Source: a virus (Duplodnaviria > Caudoviricetes). Taken from it: a DNA stretch of 64,000 bases. The DNA is taken from the IMG/VR virus record IMGVR_UViG_3300047160_007353, positions 1 to 64,000 of that record; one strand, 5' to 3'. Positions within the stretch are counted from its first letter, which is position 1, and every line of letters begins with the position of its first letter. The position numbers and the translations under genes are program-made. Shown here piece by piece: positions 34,453 through 43,106 of this stretch. The notes under the pieces were generated by a model. It saw only the letters and a list, made by a program, of their open reading frames with translations. It did not search any database and was not told the origin of the DNA.

Positions 34453-35635
34453 CGTCGTTGTCCTCGTCGTTGTTCGTGTTTGAAGAACCATCGAACCTGA
34501 AGGTGTGGATCACGCCGTCTCTCCCGACAGCGCGAACCACGACCGTGGGCTGCTGACTGAAGACCTCCTTGACCGCCACGTACTCGTTCCCGTCCTTGTC
34601 TTCCTTGAGTTCCGCCGTGCTTGCTTCCTCGTTGTAGGCGGCAACCTTCTTTGAAACACCACGCACAACGTGCGTGTGATCCCCCGCCTGAACGAGCCCG
34701 TCCAGCATCCCGGCCATGAGACACACGGATACGTGTCCCTGGCCAAGCGGCAGCGGCGGCCTCTTGGGAGGCGGGTCCTTTGGCGTTTCGCACAGTCGCT
34801 TGAGAGGCGACCTGTCAATGACGGCGATAAGCTCCTCTTCGGTGTACGAGTTCTTGAGGAACCTCGTGGGTGGCCAGGGACTCTCCGGAAGGAGCCAAAC
34901 CCTTGTGCGATCGTGGGGCGGACCCTCGACGTGAACAGGAAGAGGCGGCTGCAACCACTCGTCCTCACCGATCACAGTGAGTTTAGAGCCGTTCGGACCG
35001 GCCTTGGAGTAGTAGTACGAGCCGATGTTGAGGTCATGCGTGAAGTATCCGTCCGTGTCGATCTTCTGGTCGGCTATCGCATTGGCTCGCTTGCGTCCGA
35101 TGAAGACGCACTCGTTGTACTTGCGATCCCGATCAGGCAGCCTGTACAGCTTTCCCTGCTTGTACCTCGCGTCCAGATGGTTCATCACGGCGTACCTCTG
35201 GAACGTCGAGAACGGCGCCACGAGCACGAGCACGCCATTGGTGACCATCAGGTTTTGCAGGACATAGAGGAAGTTTGTTTCCTCGCGTCCTCCACCGCCA
35301 AGCTGATCATCGAACGGCGGATTGCAGTAGACCGCCGAGAACGAATGCCAGCTAATCATGGTGCCATTGAACGGGCACGGCGCAACGACCTTGGCTTCAG
35401 GCATGAGAGCCCGAATGTCGTTCCCGCGTCCCTCGTGCAGCTCAACGCAATACACGTTGCTCTGAGGGATCGAGAGCGCTTCGGATAAGCCTTTTATGGC
35501 CACACCCTGACCAGCGCATGGGTCAAGGATTCGGATATCGCTGCTACCTGCGACACTCAGGTGCTTGGCGATCTCCGGTATCACGCTCTCGGGCAGCGGG
35601 TAATAGCCCATTTTGGCTTGGGCCGCTAGCCTCAT
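34406..35635 (-). CDS. DUF6094-like class I SAM-dependent DNA adenine methyltransferase
   Basis: MRLAAQAKMGYYPLP, LDPCAGQG (SAM-binding), VELHEGR, CNPPFD (catalytic), NGVLVLV. Confidence 0.85.
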   Translation of the reverse strand: MRLAAQAKMGYYPLPESVIPEIAKHLSVAGSSDIRILDPCAGQGVAIKGLSEALSIPQSNVYCVELHEGRGNDIRALMPEAKVVAPCPFNGTMISWHSFSAVYCNPPFDDQLGGGGREETNFLYVLQNLMVTNGVLVLVAPFSTFQRYAVMNHLDARYKQGKLYRLPDRDRKYNECVFIGRKRANAIADQKIDTDGYFTHDLNIGSYYYSKAGPNGSKLTVIGEDEWLQPPLPVHVEGPPHDRTRVWLLPESPWPPTRFLKNSYTEEELIAVIDRSPLKRLCETPKDPPPKRPPLPLGQGHVSVCLMAGMLDGLVQAGDHTHVVRGVSKKVAAYNEEASTAELKEDKDGNEYVAVKEVFSQQPTVVVRAVGRDGVIHTFRFDGSSNTNNDEDNDDATDSGRCHRNGTGY

Positions 35636-35871
35636 GGAGACCCTCCTTCCTGAAGCCTCATGAAGTCGGTGTAGGAGAAGCAGATCCACATGTCGCCCAC
35701 GATGACGTAGACCGAGGTCTCCTCGGACTGGTAGACCGCGACGGGGATATCCAGCTTCTCTCTGCCGAACCCGATCGCGTCATTGACCCTGAGGAACCCT
35801 TGCTCGCCGCCCTTGATGCGGGCAACAGACACGGGTTCGATGGCGCAGAAGCGCCTTGCGACTTCCGGCAT
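35632..35871 (-). CDS. Hypothetical protein
   Basis: 79 aa with upstream SD-like gaaagga, coupled to the methylase start. Confidence 0.55.
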   Translation of the reverse strand: MPEVARRFCAIEPVSVARIKGGEQGFLRVNDAIGFGREKLDIPVAVYQSEETSVYVIVGDMWICFSYTDFMRLQEGGSP

Positions 35872-35891
35872 CGTTCTTTCCTTTCTGCTTG

Positions 35892-35977
35892 CAGTCTAGA
35901 ACTCGAACACCATGCGAAGCGCATGGAAAAGCCGCAAGCGTGCATTCAAACGCCTACGGCTTGGGGGGTTAGGACTG
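35892..35977 (-). ncRNA. Candidate structured leader RNA (three-way junction)
   Basis: Closing stem cagtc/gactg enclosing ccatgcg/cgcatgg and aagccg/cggctt hairpins. Confidence 0.35.
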
Positions 35978-36601
35978 GATGCGATCTGCAACGTGAATCC
36001 AGCTCCGGAACTCCTTGGCGTAGTGGGACAGCTCCTCGGGTGTCGTTGTGAACACGCGGCCACCTACCTTGATGTGCATCTTGTTCCTCCAAACCGCTTG
36101 GAGGATCGGATGGAACACCGGCGCGTCGTCCGGATCGGCCGGCTTGGGCGGATCTGCTTGTTGCTCTTCCTCCCACTCGGTCGGAAGTTCGTCCTCGGGC
36201 GGAGACAGGTACTTGGGCGGAATGTACGACTCGGTGGCCACCAAGTCGTCGTCATCCGGCACTTCGTCGTCAGCCCTTCCTGCGTACTCACGGTCCCGTG
36301 ATTCCTTCACGTCCCTGGCTTGGCGATACTCCATTGGCGAGTTGTCGCGCCCACCTCCCTGCGGTCTCGCGTCAGCGCGATCGGCGTTGCGGCCCACTTG
36401 TTCAAACAGACCCTTCGTCAGATCCACGATGATCTCGGGCGACATGTCGTCGAGCCCTGGGATCTCGGAGGGCGGTGGTGCCTGTGTCGGCTTTGCTGGC
36501 GGTCGATCCGATCTCGGGCCTTGCTGTTGCAAGGTCGGATCAACGTCGCTGGTGTAGCGCATGGGGGTTTCCCAAGGCTTGCTGAACGGTCTCAAACTCA
36601 T
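35969..36601 (-). CDS. Pro/Asp/Glu-rich hypothetical protein
   Basis: 210 aa; SD-like ggagag upstream of ATG 36601. Confidence 0.55.
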   Translation of the reverse strand: MSLRPFSKPWETPMRYTSDVDPTLQQQGPRSDRPPAKPTQAPPPSEIPGLDDMSPEIIVDLTKGLFEQVGRNADRADARPQGGGRDNSPMEYRQARDVKESRDREYAGRADDEVPDDDDLVATESYIPPKYLSPPEDELPTEWEEEQQADPPKPADPDDAPVFHPILQAVWRNKMHIKVGGRVFTTTPEELSHYAKEFRSWIHVADRIQS

Positions 36602-36621
36602 TGGCTGGCTCTCCGTTTCGC

Positions 36622-36644
36622 TGAAGCCTCAATTTGAGGTTTCA
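36622..36644. promoter_or_regulatory. 23-bp quasi-palindrome, copy 3 (reverse orientation)
   Basis: TGAAGCCTCAATTTGAGGTTTCA; overlaps the stop of the YkgJ-like gene. Confidence 0.8.
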
Positions 36645-37075
36645 CGCGCTCCAAAGAAGTAACGCTCTGAAATCTCCCGCAGTTTAGCCCACAATCGCTG
36701 GGTCTCGACGTTCGTCATGTAGCGATCGGGTTTGCACCCATAGGGGCATCGCATGAGGGGATCATCGACCGCGCCCCACAACCTGCAAAGCAGCGGTCTA
36801 ACGTGATAGACTGAACACGATCCAAGTGATAACAAGGGACATTGCGTGCATCCTCCCTCGCCTCTCGATTCGGCCATGATCGCCTCATCGGAGGGGAAAA
36901 CTGGTTCCGATCCCGATCGTTCGGTAATCCGTAAACGCTCAATGGGCGCTACCACGGACTCGCTTATATGACACGAGTCCTGGCAGAGCCCTTTGCAGTT
37001 CAGAGCAGGCAGCGAATCGTAAAGCTCTTTGAGAGCCCGTTCCGCTGCCCGCCTGCGCTTGTTCGCCAATCCCAT
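36629..37075 (-). CDS. YkgJ-family cysteine-cluster (Fe/Zn-chelating) protein
   Basis: CKGLCQDSC...CPLL..GSCSVYHVRPLLCRLWG...CPYGC. Confidence 0.8.
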   Translation of the reverse strand: MGLANKRRRAAERALKELYDSLPALNCKGLCQDSCHISESVVAPIERLRITERSGSEPVFPSDEAIMAESRGEGGCTQCPLLSLGSCSVYHVRPLLCRLWGAVDDPLMRCPYGCKPDRYMTNVETQRLWAKLREISERYFFGARETSN

Positions 37076-37272
37076 CAGTTGCCGTTCCTCCAAGCCCGGA
37101 ATTCCTTCCGGGCCTGATCCGGGGTTTCGAAGTACCAAAGAACCGAGAGCAGAGGTTGTCCGTCCTCTGTCTCTCCCTTGTCCTCGGTGAAGTACCTGCC
37201 GTACAGGACATGGCGGCTTGGATCGAACTTCCCGAACAAGCCCGTCCATCGGATTCGCTCGATATGAGACAT
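37075..37272 (-). CDS. Hypothetical protein
   Basis: 65 aa from ATG 37272. Confidence 0.5.
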   Translation of the reverse strand: MSHIERIRWTGLFGKFDPSRHVLYGRYFTEDKGETEDGQPLLSVLWYFETPDQARKEFRAWRNGN

Positions 37273-37277
37273 CGCGG

Positions 37278-37454
37278 TCAGTCCTCCCTCTCGACAGAGG
37301 TCACTTCCCAGTAGTCGAACGCGATCATGCCCTCGTCCGAGTGGCATCCATCGACATAGATGCCCCAGAACACATCAGAAGGGGACAGGCGCACCACCAG
37401 GACATGCGAGCCGTTGGCGAGTACGACCTCTTGGCCAGGGATGAAATCCCACAT
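37278..37454 (-). CDS. Hypothetical protein (58 aa, not in the ORF track)
   Basis: MWDFIPGQEVVLANGSHVLVVRLSPSDVFWGIY...; ggagga upstream; fills the gap in the operon. Confidence 0.45.
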   Translation of the reverse strand: MWDFIPGQEVVLANGSHVLVVRLSPSDVFWGIYVDGCHSDEGMIAFDYWEVTSVERED

Positions 37455-37476
37455 CGGTCAGTCCTCCATCCGAAGT

Positions 37477-37710
37477 CTAGGACTCGTCGTGCATGAAATC
37501 GAACCAGTGGTTGACGAGACCCCGCCATCGGGCAACGAGCGCCTGCATGAGCAGCGGCGTCACGTACCCGAATTGCGACCGGAGCTGGCCTCGGGGATTG
37601 TCGCAATGCCGCCCGAGGTAGAACCTGCGTCCCCGAGCATCGACCATGACGATGTCTCCGCTGCGGGTGATCTGAAGTTGCGCAACGAACGCTCTGTACT
37701 GTCTGGGCAT
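37477..37710 (-). CDS. Hypothetical protein
   Basis: 77 aa ORF in the operon orientation. Confidence 0.45.
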   Translation of the reverse strand: MPRQYRAFVAQLQITRSGDIVMVDARGRRFYLGRHCDNPRGQLRSQFGYVTPLLMQALVARWRGLVNHWFDFMHDES

Positions 37711-37820
37711 AGTATCCTCGCTTTCGTTCTCGATCCGGAATCAACAAAGCGCAGAGCCCAACGCTCGCGCCGCTCGCCCCACTCTCACAGGACATGGGGC
37801 GGATGGCGGGAGCGTTGTTG

Positions 37821-38042
37821 CTAGCCAAGAGGGACGTATCCCATGAGAACGAGTTCGGTCACTCCGCTCTCGTTTGGGATGTCAGCCCACACTTCCGGCC
37901 TACCATCTTCGATTTCGATCCCGACTCCATGCCGCGCCGCATGGCGCTTGAGACGCCGCAAGGCATCGGCCCATGTCCTGTGGTTGGTCCTGTGGGACCT
38001 TCCGAATGCCGTTTCCCACGTCACACAGTAGAATCGTCGCAT
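37821..38042 (-). CDS. Hypothetical protein
   Basis: 73 aa ORF in the operon orientation. Confidence 0.5.
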   Translation of the reverse strand: MRRFYCVTWETAFGRSHRTNHRTWADALRRLKRHAARHGVGIEIEDGRPEVWADIPNESGVTELVLMGYVPLG

Positions 38043-38151
38043 TGGTCACTCGCTTTCGTTCAGAGGGTCCCTGGTAGCTTCCCAGCGAATTGCCGGCAAG
38101 CCGCGCTTGTCCCCGCCTGACAGGCTAGCAGGGACAGGCGGGGATTGTCAG

Positions 38152-38183
38152 GCGGAGCAGCGGAGCAGCGGAGCAGCGGAGCG
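38152..38183. repeat. Tandem 8-mer (GCGGAGCA) x4
   Basis: gcggagca gcggagca gcggagca gcggagcg. Confidence 0.9.
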
Positions 38184-38184
38184 C

Positions 38185-38216
38185 AAAGAGAAACCCCCCG
38201 GGTTGCTTCCGGGGGG
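38185..38216 (-). terminator. Intrinsic terminator after the 38257-39252 gene
   Basis: ccccccgg / ccgggggg stem followed on the minus strand by tttctcttt. Confidence 0.75.
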
Positions 38217-38256
38217 CTGAAATCGGCCAGTTTGTCGGAGGAAGGTTGACCGCCTA

Positions 38257-39252
38257 CTAGACGGCCTTGGCTTTGTCCTGGACGGCCTTGGCGGCTTTCA
38301 GACCGTTGATGTGTTCGACGGTCTTGGCGGTCAGTTTGGCCAGATACTCGATTTCGTCGAACCGCCCGAGAGCGTACATGGCCTGAACGAAGGTGGCAAG
38401 ATCGGCTTGGGTGCATTTGGTCGGGTCGCAACCGACCTCAACCAAGACCTCTTCCTTGACGGTCTTGACGACCTCACGCACAACCTCGATTGGGGCAGGA
38501 GTCGGCAGTTCCTTCCCGTGCGCCTTCAAGCCGTGGTTGACCGAATCCCGGATGTCGTCAACCGACATCTTGGCGTCCGCGCTCAACGCCTTATCGACGG
38601 CGTGCACGAAAGCCGTGTTGACCTCGCGACGCGCCTTGCGGGTTGCGGCGGCGTTGAGTTCGTCTTGCGTCTTGGGATCGGCCGACTTGGCCAGTTGCTT
38701 CTCGTGCGAGTCAATCGCCTCTCGAAGCTTCCGCATGTCGAGTGGGTGGTCGCCCAACTGTGCGTTGCAAGTCTCCGTCAGGAACAACAACCACCCCTTC
38801 CGGATGTTGCCCGTCATGGTCCCCGTGTTCATTTCGAGGTAGGGAAGGAAGAACTCGTCGATCTGGTGGAACGAGAGGCGTTCGATGTTCGGGACAGTCG
38901 GCTTCATCTCCCGAACGAACAGTGCCATGCGAGCGCATCGCGCGATGTTCAGGTATGACCCTCTTGCCGGACAGGTGGCGCGAACGAGAAGCGACGCCTC
39001 ATTGCAGCATTGCGTCCAGTCCGACTCGTAGCCACCCGGGCCTGTCTTCTTCTTGGCGCGCCAGTTGTCCAAGCCGACGATGCCCTGGCTCTCAATCGCC
39101 AGAGCAAGGGCGCCGGTGCCGATCCACAGGGCATCTTCGAGAAGGCCCGGGTGGTCGATTCTCTGGCGCACGCCGTCGGCGTACTCGCGCTGGTGCTGCT
39201 TGTAGGCAGCTACGCGCTCTTCGATCGTGGGGGAAACGGTGGTCTCTGCCAT
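38257..39252 (-). CDS. Helical hypothetical protein, first gene of the leftward early-type region
   Basis: 331 aa, strong C/G third-position codon bias, own terminator. Confidence 0.75.
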   Translation of the reverse strand: MAETTVSPTIEERVAAYKQHQREYADGVRQRIDHPGLLEDALWIGTGALALAIESQGIVGLDNWRAKKKTGPGGYESDWTQCCNEASLLVRATCPARGSYLNIARCARMALFVREMKPTVPNIERLSFHQIDEFFLPYLEMNTGTMTGNIRKGWLLFLTETCNAQLGDHPLDMRKLREAIDSHEKQLAKSADPKTQDELNAAATRKARREVNTAFVHAVDKALSADAKMSVDDIRDSVNHGLKAHGKELPTPAPIEVVREVVKTVKEEVLVEVGCDPTKCTQADLATFVQAMYALGRFDEIEYLAKLTAKTVEHINGLKAAKAVQDKAKAV

Positions 39253-39277
39253 GGTTGCAATCCTCGTGTGTGGGAAG

Positions 39278-39301
39278 GTTACTGCTACGCGTAGCAGTAA
39301 C
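39278..39301. repeat. Perfect 24-bp palindrome in the leader of 38257-39252
   Basis: gttactgctacgcgtagcagtaac equals its own reverse complement. Confidence 0.9.
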
Positions 39302-39705
39302 TCCAGCGTACGGACGTTGATCGGCCCCGTCTCCCGACGAGTTTAGACGACCAACGGCGGTCGGCTGACCCGGCCGCACTGTAATTATCCTGCACTCACT
39401 CGCAATGCGTAGTAGTGAACTCGCCGCAACGCCATGAGGCGAACCGACTTGCGTCTTACGCACAAAACTTCTCTTGCGCATCGACTTTGTCCTAAGTCGT
39501 TGCCACCAAAGCACTTAGCTGCGCCCGCTTGTCCATCTTTGTCCAAGGTGGCGAGTCAAGTGGTGCATGTGTACACATCGGCGGGGAGGAACTGGGCTCG
39601 CTCCACCTGCAAGCCCTCTGGTCAAATGACGCCAAGCCGTTGCCAGCCAAAGAGAAAGCGTACGTACACCATGTTCCCTGGTCGACGCCTCACCCAAGAG
39701 GCGAT

Positions 39706-39890
39706 GGCAGGGAACTGCCGGCAGGGCACACAGGCCAGGACGGTGGCCAGGGCACACAGGCCAGGACACGCCGCTAGCCGCCGCTAGCCTGCACCACGAC
39801 GCCAGGACGCACGCCAGGACGCACGCCAGGACGGTGGCCAGGGCACACGCCAGGGCGGTGGGGCGACAGGGCAGGGAACTGCCGGCAGGG
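39706..39890. repeat. Non-coding short-repeat array (8x GCCAGG, mostly 12-bp spacing) bracketed by a 21-bp direct repeat
   Basis: GCCAGG at 39734, 39746, 39760, 39801, 39813, 39825, 39837 and 39849; ggcagggaactgccggcaggg at 39706 and 39870. Confidence 0.9.
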
Positions 39891-40162
39891 GGCAAGCCGC
39901 CGGTCGGCAAGCCACCCGTGGGGCCGGTCGGCACCGAACACAAGGACCGTGCGCACGCACAGGTTCTATATAGTGCGACGGCTGCACCTACTGGACAGGC
40001 GACAAGCAAGCTATGCATCCTTCATATCACACTAGTGTGCATGCATTTTTGAGTCTGATCGGTGGGGAAACGCTGCAACCTGTTGCGCCGCAACGACTTG
40101 TGACAAGGACCAGGCCCGGGGGAGGCCCCCCAGCGGCGGCCGGCTCTAGTAACATGCACCAC

Positions 40163-40372
40163 CTAGATTTTCAGGTGACTTATGACGTTTGCCACGGGCA
40201 TCTTCTCGGCGAAGCACTTCAGGTGCACGACGATGTATCCCTCTGTGGTCCTCAGGACCATGTGGCTCACGTTCGCCTCGCAGACCTCGCCGCAGATCGC
40301 GCACGGATTGATTGGCTCTTCGCTATTGACGAGGAAGCCGCTCAGCAGGTGGTAATCCACTGAGTAACCCAT
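40163..40372 (-). CDS. Small zinc-finger-like protein
   Basis: CAIC...HLKC motif, 69 aa. Confidence 0.5.
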   Translation of the reverse strand: MGYSVDYHLLSGFLVNSEEPINPCAICGEVCEANVSHMVLRTTEGYIVVHLKCFAEKMPVANVISHLKI

Positions 40373-40431
40373 GGAACCTCCTAGGTTTGGGGTGGTGAAG
40401 ACCTCTAACTCATCCTAGGAGACCTACGCGC

Positions 40432-41004
40432 ATGCGCCGTCGTTCATTCCTTGCAGCCGCAGCCCTTCCTCTGTTCGGGGACGACAAGAAGGTTGAGCCT
40501 GCGAAACCCGTTGACCCCAAGAAGGAAGCCGAGATAAAGGACCGCCAGCGGGAGCAGGAAGACCGCCTCAGGGCGGAGAAGCCCTACTGGGACCGCAAGG
40601 CCGTCGTGAGTGAGCGCACGACGGTCCTGGTTGGCCCTGGGAAGCCGCCGGAGCGTGTAGACCTGGTAATAGGCGAGACTCTCATGTGGACGCCCTGGGA
40701 GACCCAGTGGCGGCCTCGGTACGTGAACGTCATGGCGGGGCCGGAGCGAGCTCCCGGGGACGACTGGCCGCCGAAGTTCTCGGTCCTGGATCTGGTCGGG
40801 GAGGTGAAGGGGGGCGAGTCTGCCAATAGGACCTACCGGCCGGGGTTCATGTTCTACGCCGTGGCTCCTGGCTCCATGACCGTCAGGATGTGGCTGACCG
40901 ACACCGTGGGCAACAAGATCGAGGATCAATGGCTCTGGAACGGAACCAAGGCCGAGAGGCGGTCCTGGGAAGTGACCATGAAGGTCTTTGTCTCGAAGTC
41001 TTAG
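40432..41004 (+). CDS. Exported protein with twin-arginine (Tat-like) signal peptide
   Basis: N-terminus MRRRSFLAAAALPLFG matches RRxFL; SD-like ggag upstream. Confidence 0.65.
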   Translation: MRRRSFLAAAALPLFGDDKKVEPAKPVDPKKEAEIKDRQREQEDRLRAEKPYWDRKAVVSERTTVLVGPGKPPERVDLVIGETLMWTPWETQWRPRYVNVMAGPERAPGDDWPPKFSVLDLVGEVKGGESANRTYRPGFMFYAVAPGSMTVRMWLTDTVGNKIEDQWLWNGTKAERRSWEVTMKVFVSKS

Positions 41005-41009
41005 TGTCC

Positions 41010-41042
41010 AAAAGAAAGGCCAGGAGGAGCACTCCTGGCCTT
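41010..41042 (-). terminator. Intrinsic terminator between convergent genes
   Basis: aaggccaggag / ctcctggcctt stem (41016-41042); T-rich tail on the minus strand. Confidence 0.75.
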
Positions 41043-41071
41043 CTGTCCACTTGACTTTGTTGAACTTTAGT

Positions 41072-41338
41072 TCAATCTGGATACTTCAATCCCTTGGCCT
41101 GCAAGGTTGCATCCACGAGATCGCTTTGCGCTGTGGTGAAGGGGTAGCCGCAGTCCTCGATGAGCCGCTCGGCACAGATCAGGAGTTCCTCTGAGGCCAT
41201 GAACCGCATGGCCCTGGCCTCTCGGGTGCCCTTGTCTGGTCCATAGACGATGGCGACCGGCTCGCCGGTTTCCTCATCCTCGATCCGGATCGACGCGAAC
41301 CCCTTCGAGGTGCTCGATCGGATTGCTTTCCATCCCAT
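41072..41338 (-). CDS. Hypothetical phage protein
   Basis: MGWKAIR...VAIVYGPDKGTREARA..., similar in pattern to 42602-42802. Confidence 0.5.
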   Translation of the reverse strand: MGWKAIRSSTSKGFASIRIEDEETGEPVAIVYGPDKGTREARAMRFMASEELLICAERLIEDCGYPFTTAQSDLVDATLQAKGLKYPD

Positions 41339-41349
41339 TGGGTTCACTC

Positions 41350-41619
41350 CTAGTTGGCCGGATGGATCTCCGGCTGGTAGGTGCCATCCTCGTTGACGTG
41401 CATGACCTCTTGGTTGCCGTCCTTGAACATGGCTATGGCGGGGCACTTGTTCCAGGGAGTCAGGTCCCAGGCGTCCCTGCCTGGCCACCGGAACCTGACC
41501 ATGCAGGCAAAGCCGTTCATGATCACCATGTTGATGGGGATCTTGTAAATCCTCATATATGGCGTCTTGAACCAGCAGAGCCCGTGGTGGTCCAGATTGT
41601 CGTAGCTGGGGTTGCTCAC
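41350..41619 (-). CDS. Hypothetical protein
   Basis: GTG start overlapping the upstream stop. Confidence 0.45.
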   Translation of the reverse strand: MSNPSYDNLDHHGLCWFKTPYMRIYKIPINMVIMNGFACMVRFRWPGRDAWDLTPWNKCPAIAMFKDGNQEVMHVNEDGTYQPEIHPAN

Positions 41620-41864
41620 GATTTCTCCCCGGCGATCATTTGTTCCAGCCCGCTGCGCCCGCTGGACCGCTTGAACTTCTCCCAGTCCATGGCGTTGGAC
41701 AGGGCTGATCGAAGAGATAAGAACTCCTCGGACTGGTTTCCCTTGACCTCCGTGCACCAGGTCGGCACTCCGGTGGCTGGGTCGATTCCCTGGCACAGGT
41801 CCACGTCCGACTGTTCCAGCCAGTCGAGCATCTCGGTGTCGGTATACCGGATTGTCGTCATCAT
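41616..41864 (-). CDS. Hypothetical protein
   Basis: YTDTEMLDWLE...SLRSALSNAM pattern seen in small phage proteins. Confidence 0.55.
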   Translation of the reverse strand: MMTTIRYTDTEMLDWLEQSDVDLCQGIDPATGVPTWCTEVKGNQSEEFLSLRSALSNAMDWEKFKRSSGRSGLEQMIAGEKS

Positions 41865-42325
41865 TGGTTCGTTTGCTCCCATATGGCGGTCTTGTGGGCG
41901 ATCATGTCCTCCATGAACCTCGGGGTCTTGTGGATCAGCTTCTGTGACCTCTGGTACTCCACGCAGGTGTCCTTCTGCCTGCGGAACATCTCATCGCGGC
42001 CCTTCATCAGGGCGTGGATGCGGCGGTCGCTCCGCGTTGGGGGGATCTCCATCTCCCCCTGTTTGTTGTTCCCCTTGCCGTACTTCAGCATGAACTTGAT
42101 GTGCCGGCGGCGGATGTCCATGGTGAAGTCGCGGAGGTCGTCGTACTCCTTGTCGCACTGGCGGACCTCTGCCAGCAAGACCCGGATCTGGTCCTGAAGG
42201 AGGTCGATCCGGTTCCGGAGCGACAGGTTCTCCACCTGGACGTCGAAGGGGTCCCAGGGCTTGGATCCCGTGGAGGAACAGACCTTCGGCTTCTCGTCAA
42301 TACTGGGTCTTCCAACCTTTGCCAT
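41861..42325 (-). CDS. Coiled-coil hypothetical protein
   Basis: 154 aa from ATG 42325. Confidence 0.5.
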   Translation of the reverse strand: MAKVGRPSIDEKPKVCSSTGSKPWDPFDVQVENLSLRNRIDLLQDQIRVLLAEVRQCDKEYDDLRDFTMDIRRRHIKFMLKYGKGNNKQGEMEIPPTRSDRRIHALMKGRDEMFRRQKDTCVEYQRSQKLIHKTPRFMEDMIAHKTAIWEQTNQ

Positions 42326-42587
42326 TTGATCCTCGCTTCTTGCTTTCCTTGGTGGTGTCGGAGTCGCGTGCCATGTCCTGGACCCAGGGGATGGCCATGA
42401 AGGTCTCGATGGCCTCTCTGGTGTCGTCGTAGAGGTTGTCAAGGTTGCTGAACCAGACGAGATACGAAACCTCGTCGCCGACGGCGATGTCGTAGAAGGT
42501 TTTGCCCTTGTGCTTGCCGAACGGCATGACGAACTCGCACGCCTCGATCTCGGCCGGGCTCAGGTTGCGGGTGTGAACTGCGTTCAT
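42297..42587 (-). CDS. DUF3820 / exonuclease X C-terminal-like small protein
   Basis: MPFGKHKGKT..DI....SYLVW signature. Confidence 0.75.
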   Translation of the reverse strand: MNAVHTRNLSPAEIEACEFVMPFGKHKGKTFYDIAVGDEVSYLVWFSNLDNLYDDTREAIETFMAIPWVQDMARDSDTTKESKKRGSNGKGWKTQY

Positions 42588-42601
42588 TTTGTCTCCTTGT
42601 T

Positions 42602-42802
42602 TCAGGACTTCAGGATTTGTACCACTTCGAGCATCCCGATCTTCAAATCGGGGACCGCACAGATCATCTTGGCTCTTTCCCGTCGCTCTGCTTCGTCCTT
42701 CCCGTAGACTTTGGCAATCAGGAGCTGCCGCTCGTCCCGGACGTTCAGATACGGGACTCCGTCCCCGTCAACACAGGTGTAGATCCCAGCCTCCCACTTC
42801 AT
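42602..42802 (-). CDS. Hypothetical phage protein
   Basis: LIAKVYG...RAKMICAVPDL pattern. Confidence 0.55.
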   Translation of the reverse strand: MKWEAGIYTCVDGDGVPYLNVRDERQLLIAKVYGKDEAERRERAKMICAVPDLKIGMLEVVQILKS

Positions 42803-43080
42803 GGAATCTCCTCATCATCTCGTGGCATCGCGGCGTCCAGGGCGTGCCCGAACGCTTCGAGTTCGCTCTCGTGGTGTTTCTTTGGAACACGTCCAAAGGT
42901 GATGTTCTTGACTGCGCGAACCTTGTCGTTACGGAAGGCCCACCACTCCATACTCACGGACATGGCAACGATCCAGATCAGGTCGTGATCTGGTCCGTAG
43001 TCGCACCATCCATAGGCTAGGCCGGTCTCCTTCCGATCCGGGATATACACCGGAATCGGCGGGTTCAACTGGGTCAGCAT
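42799..43080 (-). CDS. Conserved phage hypothetical protein
   Basis: MLTQLNPPIPV...GLAYGWCDYGPDHDLIW...NITFGR pattern; ggagg upstream. Confidence 0.65.
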   Translation of the reverse strand: MLTQLNPPIPVYIPDRKETGLAYGWCDYGPDHDLIWIVAMSVSMEWWAFRNDKVRAVKNITFGRVPKKHHESELEAFGHALDAAMPRDDEEIP

Positions 43081-43106
43081 ATCGCGTCTTTTGTCCTCCA
43101 AATTTG

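Noticed and set aside
35651-35660. TGAAGCCTCA half-site (also GAAACCTCG near 42476 and 55414, and 24921-24931)
   Set aside because: Single arms inside coding sequence, consistent with chance in a 64-kb window.
39515-40018. 167-aa ORF (LACVLACVLAS...)
   Set aside because: It is a translation of the non-coding repeat array, with no SD and no protein-like composition.
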